Both the position numbers and the translations under genes were made by a program. Below, piece after piece: positions 37,318-46,248 of a stretch of DNA of 64,000 bases. Numbering within the stretch: the first letter of the stretch is position 1; each line of letters begins with the position of its first letter. Under the pieces are notes generated by a model. It searched no databases. It was not told the DNA's origin and saw only the letters and a list, made by a program, of their open reading frames with translations. The DNA lies in the IMG/VR virus record IMGVR_UViG_3300009151_000035, positions 83,554-147,553 of that record; one strand, 5' to 3'. The stretch is from a virus.

Positions 37318-38021
37318 CTGACTGTGCCTGCGTTATTCACGGAACTGGGTATGACTGGATATATGTTGAACGTCTGTACAACATGTTAAACCGACACTTG
37401 AGTGTCGGTTGCAGAATGCACGTTTACACTGAACACGATAGATCAGTGCCACCACACATGATCAAGCATTGTTTGGAAGATTGGGCAGGCATCAGCGGCC
37501 CTAAACGATCCTGGTGGTACAAAATGCAGTTGTTTAATCCTGAACACCACTCGGGTAATTTGCTGTATTTTGATTTGGATGTTGTGATCAACGGAGACAT
37601 AACATGGATCACACACCTTGACACAGAAAAATTTTGGACCATAAAAGATTTTAGATATTTACAAAACCCTACGTTGTCGGGAATCAACAGCAGTATCATG
37701 TGGTGGAATGTAGAACGCTACCAGCAGGTATGGGAAAAATTCAAAGCAGAAGACGTGACCAAAGTAGTGCGGCAGTACCCAGGCGATCAAGACTATCTAA
37801 ATGTCACCATTGACTACAACAATCGCAGATACCTTGATGTCGACCGAATCAAAAGTTATCGCTGGCAAGTGGCCGATGGTGGATTTGACTTTCCCATGCG
37901 TGTGCCTCGCATGCCGGGTACCGGTGCCGCAATTGACTCAGAAACCTGTGTCATAGTGTTTCACGGTCAGCCCAAACCGCATGAGGTACGTGATCCTAAA
38001 ATTGTACAACTTTGGACTTAG
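37314..38021 (+). CDS. GT-A glycosyltransferase (GT8-like)
   Basis: YVERLYNM, WWYKM.LF, YFDLDVV, NSS, GDQD, FHGQPKPH. Confidence 0.8.
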   Translation: MTDCACVIHGTGYDWIYVERLYNMLNRHLSVGCRMHVYTEHDRSVPPHMIKHCLEDWAGISGPKRSWWYKMQLFNPEHHSGNLLYFDLDVVINGDITWITHLDTEKFWTIKDFRYLQNPTLSGINSSIMWWNVERYQQVWEKFKAEDVTKVVRQYPGDQDYLNVTIDYNNRRYLDVDRIKSYRWQVADGGFDFPMRVPRMPGTGAAIDSETCVIVFHGQPKPHEVRDPKIVQLWT

Positions 38022-38022
38022 G

Positions 38023-38051
38023 TTGACCAATAATTCCCGTTTTGCTATAAT
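38023..38051 (+). promoter_or_regulatory. strong early sigma70 promoter 1
   Basis: TTGACC-17-TATAAT with extended TG. Confidence 0.85.
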
Positions 38052-38076
38052 TAGGACTTAGCAACAAGGAGCCGCT

Positions 38077-38283
38077 ATGGGGTACAAGGTTATTGAAGTT
38101 GATAACATACGTGAAAAATACGGAGCCCGTCCAGGTTTAGAAGGCCCGTTCAACTTCTCTGGCCGAGTGTTGTATTATGACCCCAAAGAGGGCGCATACT
38201 ATGACCCGCGCACTGACTTCTATGTGGATCAAAGCGAGATGGATGCGCTCAATCAACAATTTTACGAAATCTTAAAAAGGTAA
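38077..38283 (+). CDS. small early hypothetical protein
   Basis: AAGGAG RBS; YYDP x2. Confidence 0.7.
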   Translation: MGYKVIEVDNIREKYGARPGLEGPFNFSGRVLYYDPKEGAYYDPRTDFYVDQSEMDALNQQFYEILKR

Positions 38284-38288
38284 TACTT

Positions 38289-38702
38289 TTGCTGTACTTT
38301 GCTTATGGAATGAATACCAACCGTGAGGGCATGGCTTCGCGCTGTCGTGGCGCACTGAGCTTGGGTCACGCACGCCTGATTGATCATGCCTTCCGCTTTG
38401 CCATTCACGCTGATGTGGTGCCGTGTAAGGGTTCTTATGTGGACGGTGTGCTGTGGCGCATTGATGAGTTTCATTTGAACAGCCTGGACCGCCTGGAAGG
38501 CTTTCCATGGTACTACAACCGTGGCCAATTTGCAGTGGAGCATCGTGGTGGAGTGGTTGTTGCAGAGTGTTACTTTATGCAACCCGGCAATGAACCCAGC
38601 CTGCCCGACCAGAGCTATTTTGACATGGTGGTTGAGGGCTATGAGCAACATGGTGTGCCTACAGAGCAGGTGTTTAATAGTGTATACGATAGTATTACAT
38701 AA
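38289..38702 (+). CDS. gamma-glutamylcyclotransferase (AIG2/GGCT-like)
   Basis: LYFAYGMN, V.GVLW, LDRLEG.P..Y. Confidence 0.85.
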   Translation: MLYFAYGMNTNREGMASRCRGALSLGHARLIDHAFRFAIHADVVPCKGSYVDGVLWRIDEFHLNSLDRLEGFPWYYNRGQFAVEHRGGVVVAECYFMQPGNEPSLPDQSYFDMVVEGYEQHGVPTEQVFNSVYDSIT

Positions 38703-38721
38703 CCTGCCAGAATAACGGGAC

Positions 38722-38750
38722 TTGACCAATAAATGGCAATCTGCTACAAT
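38722..38750 (+). promoter_or_regulatory. early sigma70 promoter 2
   Basis: TTGACC-17-TACAAT with extended TG. Confidence 0.8.
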
Positions 38751-38770
38751 AGTGGCATAAGGAGTTAAAC

Positions 38771-38905
38771 ATGTATAGAGTAGATAGTTCGTTGCTTTTT
38801 CGCAACATCCAAGCACTTGATAATTTCCTGCAAGCACATCAAGGTAAAACTTTTGTAATAGAATACATTACCAGTTATGCACTTGGTGATCCAATGGAAC
38901 AATAA
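38771..38905 (+). CDS. 44-aa early protein (below ORF-track cutoff)
   Basis: TAAGGAG RBS, own promoter; MYRVDSSLLF...GDPMEQ. Confidence 0.7.
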   Translation: MYRVDSSLLFRNIQALDNFLQAHQGKTFVIEYITSYALGDPMEQ

Positions 38906-38907
38906 GG

Positions 38908-38936
38908 TTGACCAATAATTGCCAATTTGCTATAAT
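38908..38936 (+). promoter_or_regulatory. early sigma70 promoter 3
   Basis: TTGACC-17-TATAAT with extended TG. Confidence 0.85.
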
Positions 38937-38981
38937 ACACACATAGACAGCAAAGTTCAACAGCACACTAAGGAGCCAACC

Positions 38982-40010
38982 ATGAGTGCAATTCGTATCG
39001 TTCGCGGCGTTTACCGCAACAAAACTGTTCAAAACCAAGTGTTCAACTTGGTGAGCGGGTTTCAAACTGGTGCCAAAGGTGGCTATGTCACCGTGCAAAA
39101 TGATGGTACCTTTCCCAACTGCCCTGATGCCATCCGCATCAAGGTAGAAAACATTTCGGACATTGAGTATACTTCAGGAGAGCATGTGCAAGAAAACACT
39201 GTAAAGTTCAAGCCCACTGTGGTGGCAGAGACCGATGAGCAAGCCATGGATCGTATCCGTGAGCGCTTTGATATCCTGCATGAGATGACCAAGGCCTGCG
39301 TGAGCGGCGACATCCGTGCTATGATTGTGAGTGGCCCTCCTGGCGTGGGCAAGAGCTATGGTGTGGAGCAAGAGATTGACAAGGCCTGTTTGTTTGACAA
39401 GCTGGCTAGCAAACGCCTTAAGGCCGAGGTTGTTAAAGGTTCGGCCAGTCCCATTGGCCTGTACCAGACCCTGTACAAGTATTCAGATCCCAATTGTGTG
39501 TTGGTGTTTGATGACTGTGACTCAATCCTGTTGGATGACGTTGCTCTTAACTTGCTAAAGGGTGCCCTGGACTCTGGCAAGAAGCGCAAGATCTCCTGGT
39601 TGTCAGACAGTCGCATTCTGCGAAGCGAAGGCATTCCGGACAGTTTTGAGTTCAAGGGTTCGGTAATTTTTATTACCAACTTGAAGTTTGATACCATGCG
39701 CTCGCAAAAATTGCGGGACCACTTGGATGCATTGCAGAGCCGGTGCCACTACTTGGACTTGACACTTGACACCATGCGTGACAAGGTGTTGCGTATCAAG
39801 CAGATTGCCAAGGACGGTGTGTTGTTTGCAGACTACGACTTTGACGAGTGTGTGCAAGACGAGATCATCGCCTTCATGGACGAGAATAAAAATCGTTTGC
39901 GTGAGATGAGTTTGCGTATGGCGTTGAAGATTGCAGACTTGCGCAAGATGTCAGTATTGAACTGGAAGCGCCTGGCAGAGACCACTGTTATGAAACCCGC
40001 AGGAGCCTAA
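38982..40010 (+). CDS. AAA-type P-loop ATPase
   Basis: Walker A GPPGVGKS, Walker B VLVFDD, ITN, AL.SR; TAAGGAG RBS fixes start at 38982. Confidence 0.85.
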   Translation: MSAIRIVRGVYRNKTVQNQVFNLVSGFQTGAKGGYVTVQNDGTFPNCPDAIRIKVENISDIEYTSGEHVQENTVKFKPTVVAETDEQAMDRIRERFDILHEMTKACVSGDIRAMIVSGPPGVGKSYGVEQEIDKACLFDKLASKRLKAEVVKGSASPIGLYQTLYKYSDPNCVLVFDDCDSILLDDVALNLLKGALDSGKKRKISWLSDSRILRSEGIPDSFEFKGSVIFITNLKFDTMRSQKLRDHLDALQSRCHYLDLTLDTMRDKVLRIKQIAKDGVLFADYDFDECVQDEIIAFMDENKNRLREMSLRMALKIADLRKMSVLNWKRLAETTVMKPAGA

Positions 40011-40011
40011 C

Positions 40012-40128
40012 ATGTACGAAATATGGGATGGAGACTTGTACTTGTACTCAGTGGATACCGAGTACGAAGCAGATGAACAGCGTGAAGCAGGCTTCACAGT
40101 TAAATGTTTAGAATACTACGGAGCGTGA
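40012..40128 (+). CDS. 38-aa acidic protein (below cutoff)
   Basis: AGGAG RBS; fills gap between neighbours. Confidence 0.6.
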   Translation: MYEIWDGDLYLYSVDTEYEADEQREAGFTVKCLEYYGA

Positions 40129-40129
40129 C

Positions 40130-40345
40130 ATGGAAAAATTTGCAGTGTTTGTTGGTGCAATTGTGATTGCTATTATGGGAGTTCTGTTATTGAGTTTCTT
40201 ACTGAGCTGGCCTGTGTACATGCTGTGGAATGGTTGCTTGGTCGATGCAGTGCCTTCTGTTAAAGAAGTCACCTGGTTGCAGGCCTGGGGCATCACTGTC
40301 CTGTGCGGCTTCCTTTTTAAGACATCGGTCAACTCAAAAGATTAA
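40130..40345 (+). CDS. small membrane protein
   Basis: Hydrophobic helices, LWN...P....TW.QAWG. Confidence 0.7.
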   Translation: MEKFAVFVGAIVIAIMGVLLLSFLLSWPVYMLWNGCLVDAVPSVKEVTWLQAWGITVLCGFLFKTSVNSKD

Positions 40346-40393
40346 CCCTCCAAGGTTACCCCGGGCATTGGTTGGCTCCGGCCCGGGCTTTAT

Positions 40394-40426
40394 GGCAGGT
40401 ACCCGTAAAACGGTACCTGTCTTTTT
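40394..40426 (+). terminator. intrinsic terminator of early operon
   Basis: GGCAGGTACC-loop-GGTACCTGTC followed by TTTTT. Confidence 0.8.
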
Positions 40427-40453
40427 GACTTTTTTCGTCGGTAAGTATATACT
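40425..40453 (+). promoter_or_regulatory. sigma70 promoter, leaderless geometry
   Basis: TTGACT-17-TATACT, ATG 6 nt downstream; nested TAAGTA. Confidence 0.7.
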
Positions 40454-40459
40454 GTTATA

Positions 40460-41317
40460 ATGCCGCAACACCTGCTGATACATCTAAGCCAAGGCCTAGA
40501 ACTACAATTTCAAATACGACCAACTCCGCTTGCTGAGTTGTGGGTTGAGCGTATGCATGCCCGCGGCAGTTATCCTTTAGACCATCCAGATCGATTTTAC
40601 GGCTTTGGTTCTTGTTTGGAAGAGCGCCAGCGTGCCGAACTTATGATCCAACAATGTATCAAAACAATCAACCAACATGATACCATAATTGAGCGTGAGT
40701 TTGATTGGAGCCAAGACAGTCTCAATTACATGCACAACATTTTTGAACGCTTTCACGGTCTGCTAGATCAACAAACATCAGAATACTGGCAACAGGCGCC
40801 TGTGGCTGTGAGACAGGCACTGGCTGAATTGAATCTGGCTGTGCATAGATGTGAAATTGTGCTCGAAGGTGCTCAACCAAGACTTGTTTGCACTTGGTTT
40901 GGCATGCCCAAAACAAAAACACTCGAGCCTTACCAACTCATGCAATGGGGAGAAACGCAAATTAAATTTGGAACTGTGTATCTCAACTATTGTGAAATTG
41001 GAAAAACAGTTGAGGACTTGGCGCACGATAACGATGCATATATAGGTGACGAAGCATTCCGCCCATTCAGTCATTACAGTGCCGATTTCAATGTGGCCTT
41101 CTTTGATCAAGATCTAATTTCTAAAGAGCCAAGAATGCAACAATATATTGAGCAACATCGAGATTTTTTTCTTGCTCATCATATAACAAATGTGTATAAT
41201 GCAAGAGCACGACCCTTGCGTTTTCCTGTTGCAGATTTGGAATTCGCAGGTGATACCAACGAACTTATAACACAAATAGCACGCCAGCAACGGGTGCTTG
41301 AAGTAAACATACAATGA
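40460..41317 (+). CDS. hypothetical protein
   Basis: 285 aa; LN..H..FE..H, LN..VH..E His/Glu pattern. Confidence 0.65.
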   Translation: MPQHLLIHLSQGLELQFQIRPTPLAELWVERMHARGSYPLDHPDRFYGFGSCLEERQRAELMIQQCIKTINQHDTIIEREFDWSQDSLNYMHNIFERFHGLLDQQTSEYWQQAPVAVRQALAELNLAVHRCEIVLEGAQPRLVCTWFGMPKTKTLEPYQLMQWGETQIKFGTVYLNYCEIGKTVEDLAHDNDAYIGDEAFRPFSHYSADFNVAFFDQDLISKEPRMQQYIEQHRDFFLAHHITNVYNARARPLRFPVADLEFAGDTNELITQIARQQRVLEVNIQ

Positions 41318-42783
41318 AAAGATGCACCATACAGATTCGAGATGAAGTAAACATCAAGCTAGAGGGCATTGACTTGGATGTGCGCAAGGCTCTGGTCAAT
41401 GCGTTCAAGTATGATGTGCCGTATGCAAGATACCTACCAGCAGTGAGGCTGGGAAGGTGGGATGGCAAAGTCAGTTACTTCCAACTGGGCGGTAGCACAT
41501 ATACCAATCTCCTGCCAGAGATCATGCCCATCCTAGAACGCTACAACTACGACATCGAATTGGATGATCAAAGAGACTACTCAACTACATTTGAGTTTGC
41601 TCAAGTTACCGAACAAACATTTGCACACAAGACTTGGCCCAAAGGACATCCTGCTGAAGGACAGCCTATCTTGTTGCGCGACTATCAGGTGGAGATTGTG
41701 AACAACTTCTTAACCAATCCGCAATGCATACAGGAAGTGGCCACAGGTGCAGGCAAGACCATAATGACAGCAGCCTTGAGTGCCAGCGTCGAGCCATATG
41801 GCAGGTCAATTGTGATTGTGCCCAACAAGAGTCTTGTGACACAAACAGAAAAAGATTATGTGAATCTTGGCCTGGATGTGGGTGTTTACTTTGGCGATAG
41901 AAAAGAACATGGTTGTACACACACCATCTGCACTTGGCAGAGTCTTAATGTACTACTGAAGAATACCAAGGCAGGCATAGGTGAAGCCACCATCCAGGAC
42001 TTTATTGAAGATGTGGTATGTGTGATGGTAGACGAAGTACACATGGCCAAAGCGGATGCACTCAAAACACTGTTGACCACGGTGATGGCTAGAGTGCCAA
42101 TTCGTTGGGGTTTGACTGGTACTGTGCCCAAAGAGAAGTTTGAAAGCCAAGCACTGTTGGTCAGCCTTGGACCGGTTATCAGCAAACTGTCAGCCAATGA
42201 ACTACAACAACAAGGGGTGCTGGCGCAGTGCCATGTGAACATTGTGCAGTTGCAAGATCACGTGGAATACTCCAACTACCAAAGCGAGCTTAAATACCTG
42301 TTGGAAGAGTCGGGCAGACTAGATGCTATGAGTGAACTCATACGCCATGTGAATGAAACAGGCAACACACTTGTATTAGTAGACAGAACTGAGTGTGGTC
42401 GACAACTTGTTGCAAGACTAGGTGACAAATCTGTATTTGTTAGCGGTGCAACAAAAGGAACAAAAAGACAAGAAGAATATGACGAAGTGGCTGACAGCGT
42501 TGATAAGATTATTGTGGCTACCTATGGTGTTGCCGCTGTGGGTATTAATATCCCTAGGATTTTTAATTTGGTTCTTGTGGAGCCCGGGAAAAGTTTTGTC
42601 CGCGTTATCCAAAGTATTGGACGTGGGATAAGAAAAGCCGAAGACAAAGATCATGTTCAAATTTGGGATGTGACTTCCACTTGCAAATTTGCCAAGCGTC
42701 ACTTGACCAAGCGCAAACAATTCTACAAAGAAGCCAACTACCCCTTTACTCAGGAAAAATTAGAATGGATGAAAATAAAATAA
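41314..42783 (+). CDS. uvsW: SF2 DNA helicase UvsW
   Basis: WDGK, LRDYQ, ATGAGKT, VDEVH, GLTGT, QSIGRG.R. Confidence 0.92.
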   Translation: MKRCTIQIRDEVNIKLEGIDLDVRKALVNAFKYDVPYARYLPAVRLGRWDGKVSYFQLGGSTYTNLLPEIMPILERYNYDIELDDQRDYSTTFEFAQVTEQTFAHKTWPKGHPAEGQPILLRDYQVEIVNNFLTNPQCIQEVATGAGKTIMTAALSASVEPYGRSIVIVPNKSLVTQTEKDYVNLGLDVGVYFGDRKEHGCTHTICTWQSLNVLLKNTKAGIGEATIQDFIEDVVCVMVDEVHMAKADALKTLLTTVMARVPIRWGLTGTVPKEKFESQALLVSLGPVISKLSANELQQQGVLAQCHVNIVQLQDHVEYSNYQSELKYLLEESGRLDAMSELIRHVNETGNTLVLVDRTECGRQLVARLGDKSVFVSGATKGTKRQEEYDEVADSVDKIIVATYGVAAVGINIPRIFNLVLVEPGKSFVRVIQSIGRGIRKAEDKDHVQIWDVTSTCKFAKRHLTKRKQFYKEANYPFTQEKLEWMKIK

Positions 42784-43457
42784 CCATTGCAGTGTGTGGC
42801 GAAAGTCATTGTGCGGCATGCACAGAGGAATTGAAATATGTAGGTAGTCGTGCTCACTTTAGTCAAATTCTTGAAGATCATTATGGATACAAAGTTTTGC
42901 ATTTTGCGCATGGTGGATTCAGCAACACCGGAATATTATTTCAATTGCAAGAAGCAGTAAAGCACCGGCCTAATGCAATTGTTTATCATACAACCTGGGC
43001 AAGTCGAATTACAATTCGAACAAACAATCAATTTTTTCCTGAGATGGGGTTGAAAAATTTTGTATATTTTAATCCGCATATGGTTAGTACACATGAGCCC
43101 TGGGCCGGCAATTTAAATGCTCCAATTTTGAGTACAGTAGCTGAAGGATTGGAAAATCGTTCCATAGTCTCCCCAGAGAAAATTCAGGCTGTCAAACAGT
43201 ATATGACGGAGTTGTTTGATTATGATCTACAACAAACACTAGACAATTGGTTGTTTGAATACTGGCATGACAGAATTGCTAACGCTGGAATTTTACCATT
43301 GTGTTTTGCTGCCGAGGATATTGGCAAAGTTGCTATTGACTTTAGCGGAGCCAATCCAACATTTGACTCGCCGTTTCATACAGACCGTGCCACACAAGAA
43401 CAAGTGGCTGCAAATATTCATCGCAAAGTCATTGACAATCTGCCACAAATCAAGTAA
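42765..43457 (+). CDS. SGNH-like protein
   Basis: VCGESH, A.GGFSN, C-terminal FHT; diverged. Confidence 0.5.
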   Translation: MDENKITIAVCGESHCAACTEELKYVGSRAHFSQILEDHYGYKVLHFAHGGFSNTGILFQLQEAVKHRPNAIVYHTTWASRITIRTNNQFFPEMGLKNFVYFNPHMVSTHEPWAGNLNAPILSTVAEGLENRSIVSPEKIQAVKQYMTELFDYDLQQTLDNWLFEYWHDRIANAGILPLCFAAEDIGKVAIDFSGANPTFDSPFHTDRATQEQVAANIHRKVIDNLPQIK

Positions 43458-43460
43458 AAT
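43432..43460 (+). promoter_or_regulatory. sigma70 promoter, leaderless geometry
   Basis: TTGACA-17-TAAAAT, ATG 6 nt downstream. Confidence 0.75.
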
Positions 43461-43466
43461 GACAAC

Positions 43467-43967
43467 ATGAGAATACTTACACTAGACAATGCCACCTACG
43501 ATTTAGATCACCTGCCTGAAGAAGTAGATGACATGCGTTTTGCAATATTAGACAATTCAAATCCAGCAGAACCTGACTATCATTTTATACCATTGATCTT
43601 TTTAGAGAGCTTTAACGCTCCTGCACTTGTGCTACGCATTGGAGAGCACACCATAAAGATGCCCATGGACTGGCAGATTTTAATTGGTGAACCTGATGTA
43701 GGCGACTTGGAAGTGTTGCCACTAACGTCAATAAATGACCGTGGCTTCAAAGTATTCCAGTTCAATCCCTTGACCAGTTTCCGTCCCAGCTTTCCAGAAA
43801 TTGAAATCCTAGATGTGTATCATGAGGTATCATGGTATGCACCCAAACTCAAGAACGGTCAACTATTGGCTGTGCCTGTAAGTGACGGGGCAGATCCTGA
43901 CTGTGTGTATTTTGTGAAAGACGTCAGTCGCAATTGCGAGATTGTGGACTATAACAAGGCCTGGTAA
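43467..43967 (+). CDS. hypothetical protein
   Basis: 166-aa ORF behind own promoter. Confidence 0.7.
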   Translation: MRILTLDNATYDLDHLPEEVDDMRFAILDNSNPAEPDYHFIPLIFLESFNAPALVLRIGEHTIKMPMDWQILIGEPDVGDLEVLPLTSINDRGFKVFQFNPLTSFRPSFPEIEILDVYHEVSWYAPKLKNGQLLAVPVSDGADPDCVYFVKDVSRNCEIVDYNKAW

Positions 43968-44113
43968 TGCCCTATACTGAACCCCAAATATTCGAAATTA
44001 TCAATAGACTGGCCAGAGTGTACCTGGAAAGTTATCCCGACGACCGTGAAGGACTAGAGCGATTCTTGCGTTGGGCGCATTTGCAATACGGCTATCAATA
44101 TGGGCAGCCTTAA
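43967..44113 (+). CDS. 48-aa hypothetical protein (below cutoff)
   Basis: TAATG coupling; MPYTEPQIFE...YGQP. Confidence 0.5.
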   Translation: MPYTEPQIFEIINRLARVYLESYPDDREGLERFLRWAHLQYGYQYGQP

Positions 44114-44396
44114 GCCGGGTGCCACATACATATACGAACGTGTGGGCAATGAAGTGTATGCTCGAGAGTTTGGTGCTGATCCTGCTGATCGTAAGTTAAT
44201 GGGCTATGCATATGATCCTGTGACTGGTCACAAAATCGAATACGATGCTAGAACTTCGGACGGTAGACCCTTGCACGATCACTTGATGGGGGACAAGCTG
44301 TGGGGCGAGATTCGTCGCGCAGCCCGAACCAATCCCACTTTACAAGATGAATTAAATCGTGTTATAATGATCTACAAACTGACCAAAACTAAATGA
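44100..44396 (+). CDS. hypothetical protein
   Basis: YIYER...VYAREFG; NPTLQ. Confidence 0.65.
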   Translation: MGSLKPGATYIYERVGNEVYAREFGADPADRKLMGYAYDPVTGHKIEYDARTSDGRPLHDHLMGDKLWGEIRRAARTNPTLQDELNRVIMIYKLTKTK

Positions 44397-44854
44397 GCGA
44401 TAAATTACATATCAGCAACGAAATGTGTCAACTGGATCTCAAGAATAGAGATTTTTATGACGAGCTCACTCCTGAAGAACGCAAGAAGTTTTCAACGTTC
44501 TTGATGATTCGTTGGAGCTCGGCTGTGCAAGTAGGCAATTCATCTAGAGACAAAAATATAGAACAATACTATTTGCAATCTTGTAATGAAAATCTCAACA
44601 AGCATTTTTTTGCCATCAGCAAACATCCCAAATTGCAATGGTTGTTGGCTACCACAGTTGGTCCAGGGGTAGGCGAATATAGACATCCGTGGATTGCTCC
44701 TAAGAAAAAACAACCAGGCGCCAGTGCCAAACGCAAAGCATTGACAGCAATGTATCCGCACTACAAAGACGACGAAATAGAAGTAATGATGCAGATTGTG
44801 TCAGACAAAGAAATCAAACAATACATTAAAGACTCTGGCGAAGATCCCAAATGA
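44393..44854 (+). CDS. possible clamp-loader small subunit (gp62-like)
   Basis: FLMIRW.S...NE..N...HP.LQW...W...KK pattern; replication context. Confidence 0.4.
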   Translation: MSDKLHISNEMCQLDLKNRDFYDELTPEERKKFSTFLMIRWSSAVQVGNSSRDKNIEQYYLQSCNENLNKHFFAISKHPKLQWLLATTVGPGVGEYRHPWIAPKKKQPGASAKRKALTAMYPHYKDDEIEVMMQIVSDKEIKQYIKDSGEDPK

Positions 44855-45522
44855 CACAGTGCCAATACTGCAAGAAAGATTTTGTCAAAGAAACTTCGTT
44901 GGCAGTGCATGTGTGTGAGCCCAAACGGCGTAGACAGGAACGAGCAGAGCGTGGTGTGGAACTGGGCTTTCAAGCCTACATACGTTTTTATGAAATGAGC
45001 CAAGGGTCAGCTAAACTTAAAACGTTTGATGACTTTGCAGACTCACCTTACTATCGCGCATTTGTGAAGTTTGGCCGCTATTGTGTGAGCACAAGAACCA
45101 TCAACCCCAAACAGTTTCTTGAGTGGCTGTTGAAGAACAACAAAAAGATCGACCGCTGGGCATCAGATCAACTGTACACAGAATATCTCATACAGCATTT
45201 GCCCGTGGAGAATGTGAACGATGCACTAGCACGAGCAGTGGAGTTTGGCATGGACTGGGCAGAGAAGAATTCAGCACAGCCACAGGACTGTTTGAGATAT
45301 GGCAGCACCGCAGCCATGTGCTATGCAGTCACAACAGGCAGGATATCACCTTGGGTGATTTACAATTCAGAGTCAGGGCAAAAGTTCTTGGGTGAACTCA
45401 CTCCTGATCAGATCAGCATGGTATGGCCTTACATTGACTCAGATGTGTGGCAGAAAAAGTTTCACAATTATCCTGCTGATCAGGAATACGCCAAAGACAT
45501 ATTGAGCAAGGCAGGGTGGTAA
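44851..45522 (+). CDS. hypothetical protein with N-terminal Zn finger
   Basis: CQYC..F...H.C; GRISPW. Confidence 0.6.
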   Translation: MTQCQYCKKDFVKETSLAVHVCEPKRRRQERAERGVELGFQAYIRFYEMSQGSAKLKTFDDFADSPYYRAFVKFGRYCVSTRTINPKQFLEWLLKNNKKIDRWASDQLYTEYLIQHLPVENVNDALARAVEFGMDWAEKNSAQPQDCLRYGSTAAMCYAVTTGRISPWVIYNSESGQKFLGELTPDQISMVWPYIDSDVWQKKFHNYPADQEYAKDILSKAGW

Positions 45523-45523
45523 C

Positions 45524-45892
45524 ATGGCAACAGTGATATTTTTAACACTCATACTCCTACAGATCAAACACTGGTACATTGACTTTGTGGATCAAGATAT
45601 GGTAGAAGTCAGGCACAAAGGCATCTACGGTCACTGGCTGGGCATGCGACACAGTCTCAAACACGGTATTGGTACCGCTGCCTGTGTGGGCTTGGTAGTA
45701 GGTCCTGCATATTGGCCAGCCAGCATTATGATGGGCGTGATAGACGCTGTGGCTCACTATCACATTGATTGGGCCAAAATGAACTGGGGCAATCGAGACC
45801 TTCAGAATCCCAGCTTCTGGGCACATCTAGGCCTGGATCAGATGGCACATCAGTTGACTTACATTGGCCTTGTGGCTATAATTGCATTATGA
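45524..45892 (+). CDS. DUF3307-like membrane protein
   Basis: KH..IDF..Q, H..HG, HYHIDW.K, GLDQ.AH. Confidence 0.7.
   Translation: MATVIFLTLILLQIKHWYIDFVDQDMVEVRHKGIYGHWLGMRHSLKHGIGTAACVGLVVGPAYWPASIMMGVIDAVAHYHIDWAKMNWGNRDLQNPSFWAHLGLDQMAHQLTYIGLVAIIAL
45854..45882 (+). promoter_or_regulatory. sigma70 promoter inside upstream gene, leaderless geometry
   Basis: TTGACT-17-TATAAT, ATG at 45889 6 nt downstream. Confidence 0.75.
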
Positions 45893-46248
45893 TTAGAAAT
45901 ATTAGCGGCAGCAAATACATTCAAGTGTCTGGTGGCATGCACACCAATCCATACATCAGTCCAGGTGCCAGCGGTGCAGGCATGGTACGATGGAGCGCCA
46001 GCATGAACTGTTTGGAAATTAATGACGGCAACTCCTGGCAACAACTTCACTCATCACATCCTATGATCGCTCTCTCATCAGATGCCGAAACCCTGTTGGA
46101 TTGGGCGCGAGCCAAGCGTGATGAAGAATGGCGCATTGCTGCCCTGGCAGCCGAGCATCCCACAGTGGCAGATGCCTTGGCAGCAATGCAACTGGCCCGA
46201 GAAAAACTGCAAGTGGTGATTGCACTTTGCGATACTACTACTAAATGA
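45889..46248 (+). CDS. hypothetical protein
   Basis: ATGA coupling on both sides; G.VRW......E..DG..W. Confidence 0.6.
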   Translation: MIRNISGSKYIQVSGGMHTNPYISPGASGAGMVRWSASMNCLEINDGNSWQQLHSSHPMIALSSDAETLLDWARAKRDEEWRIAALAAEHPTVADALAAMQLAREKLQVVIALCDTTTK

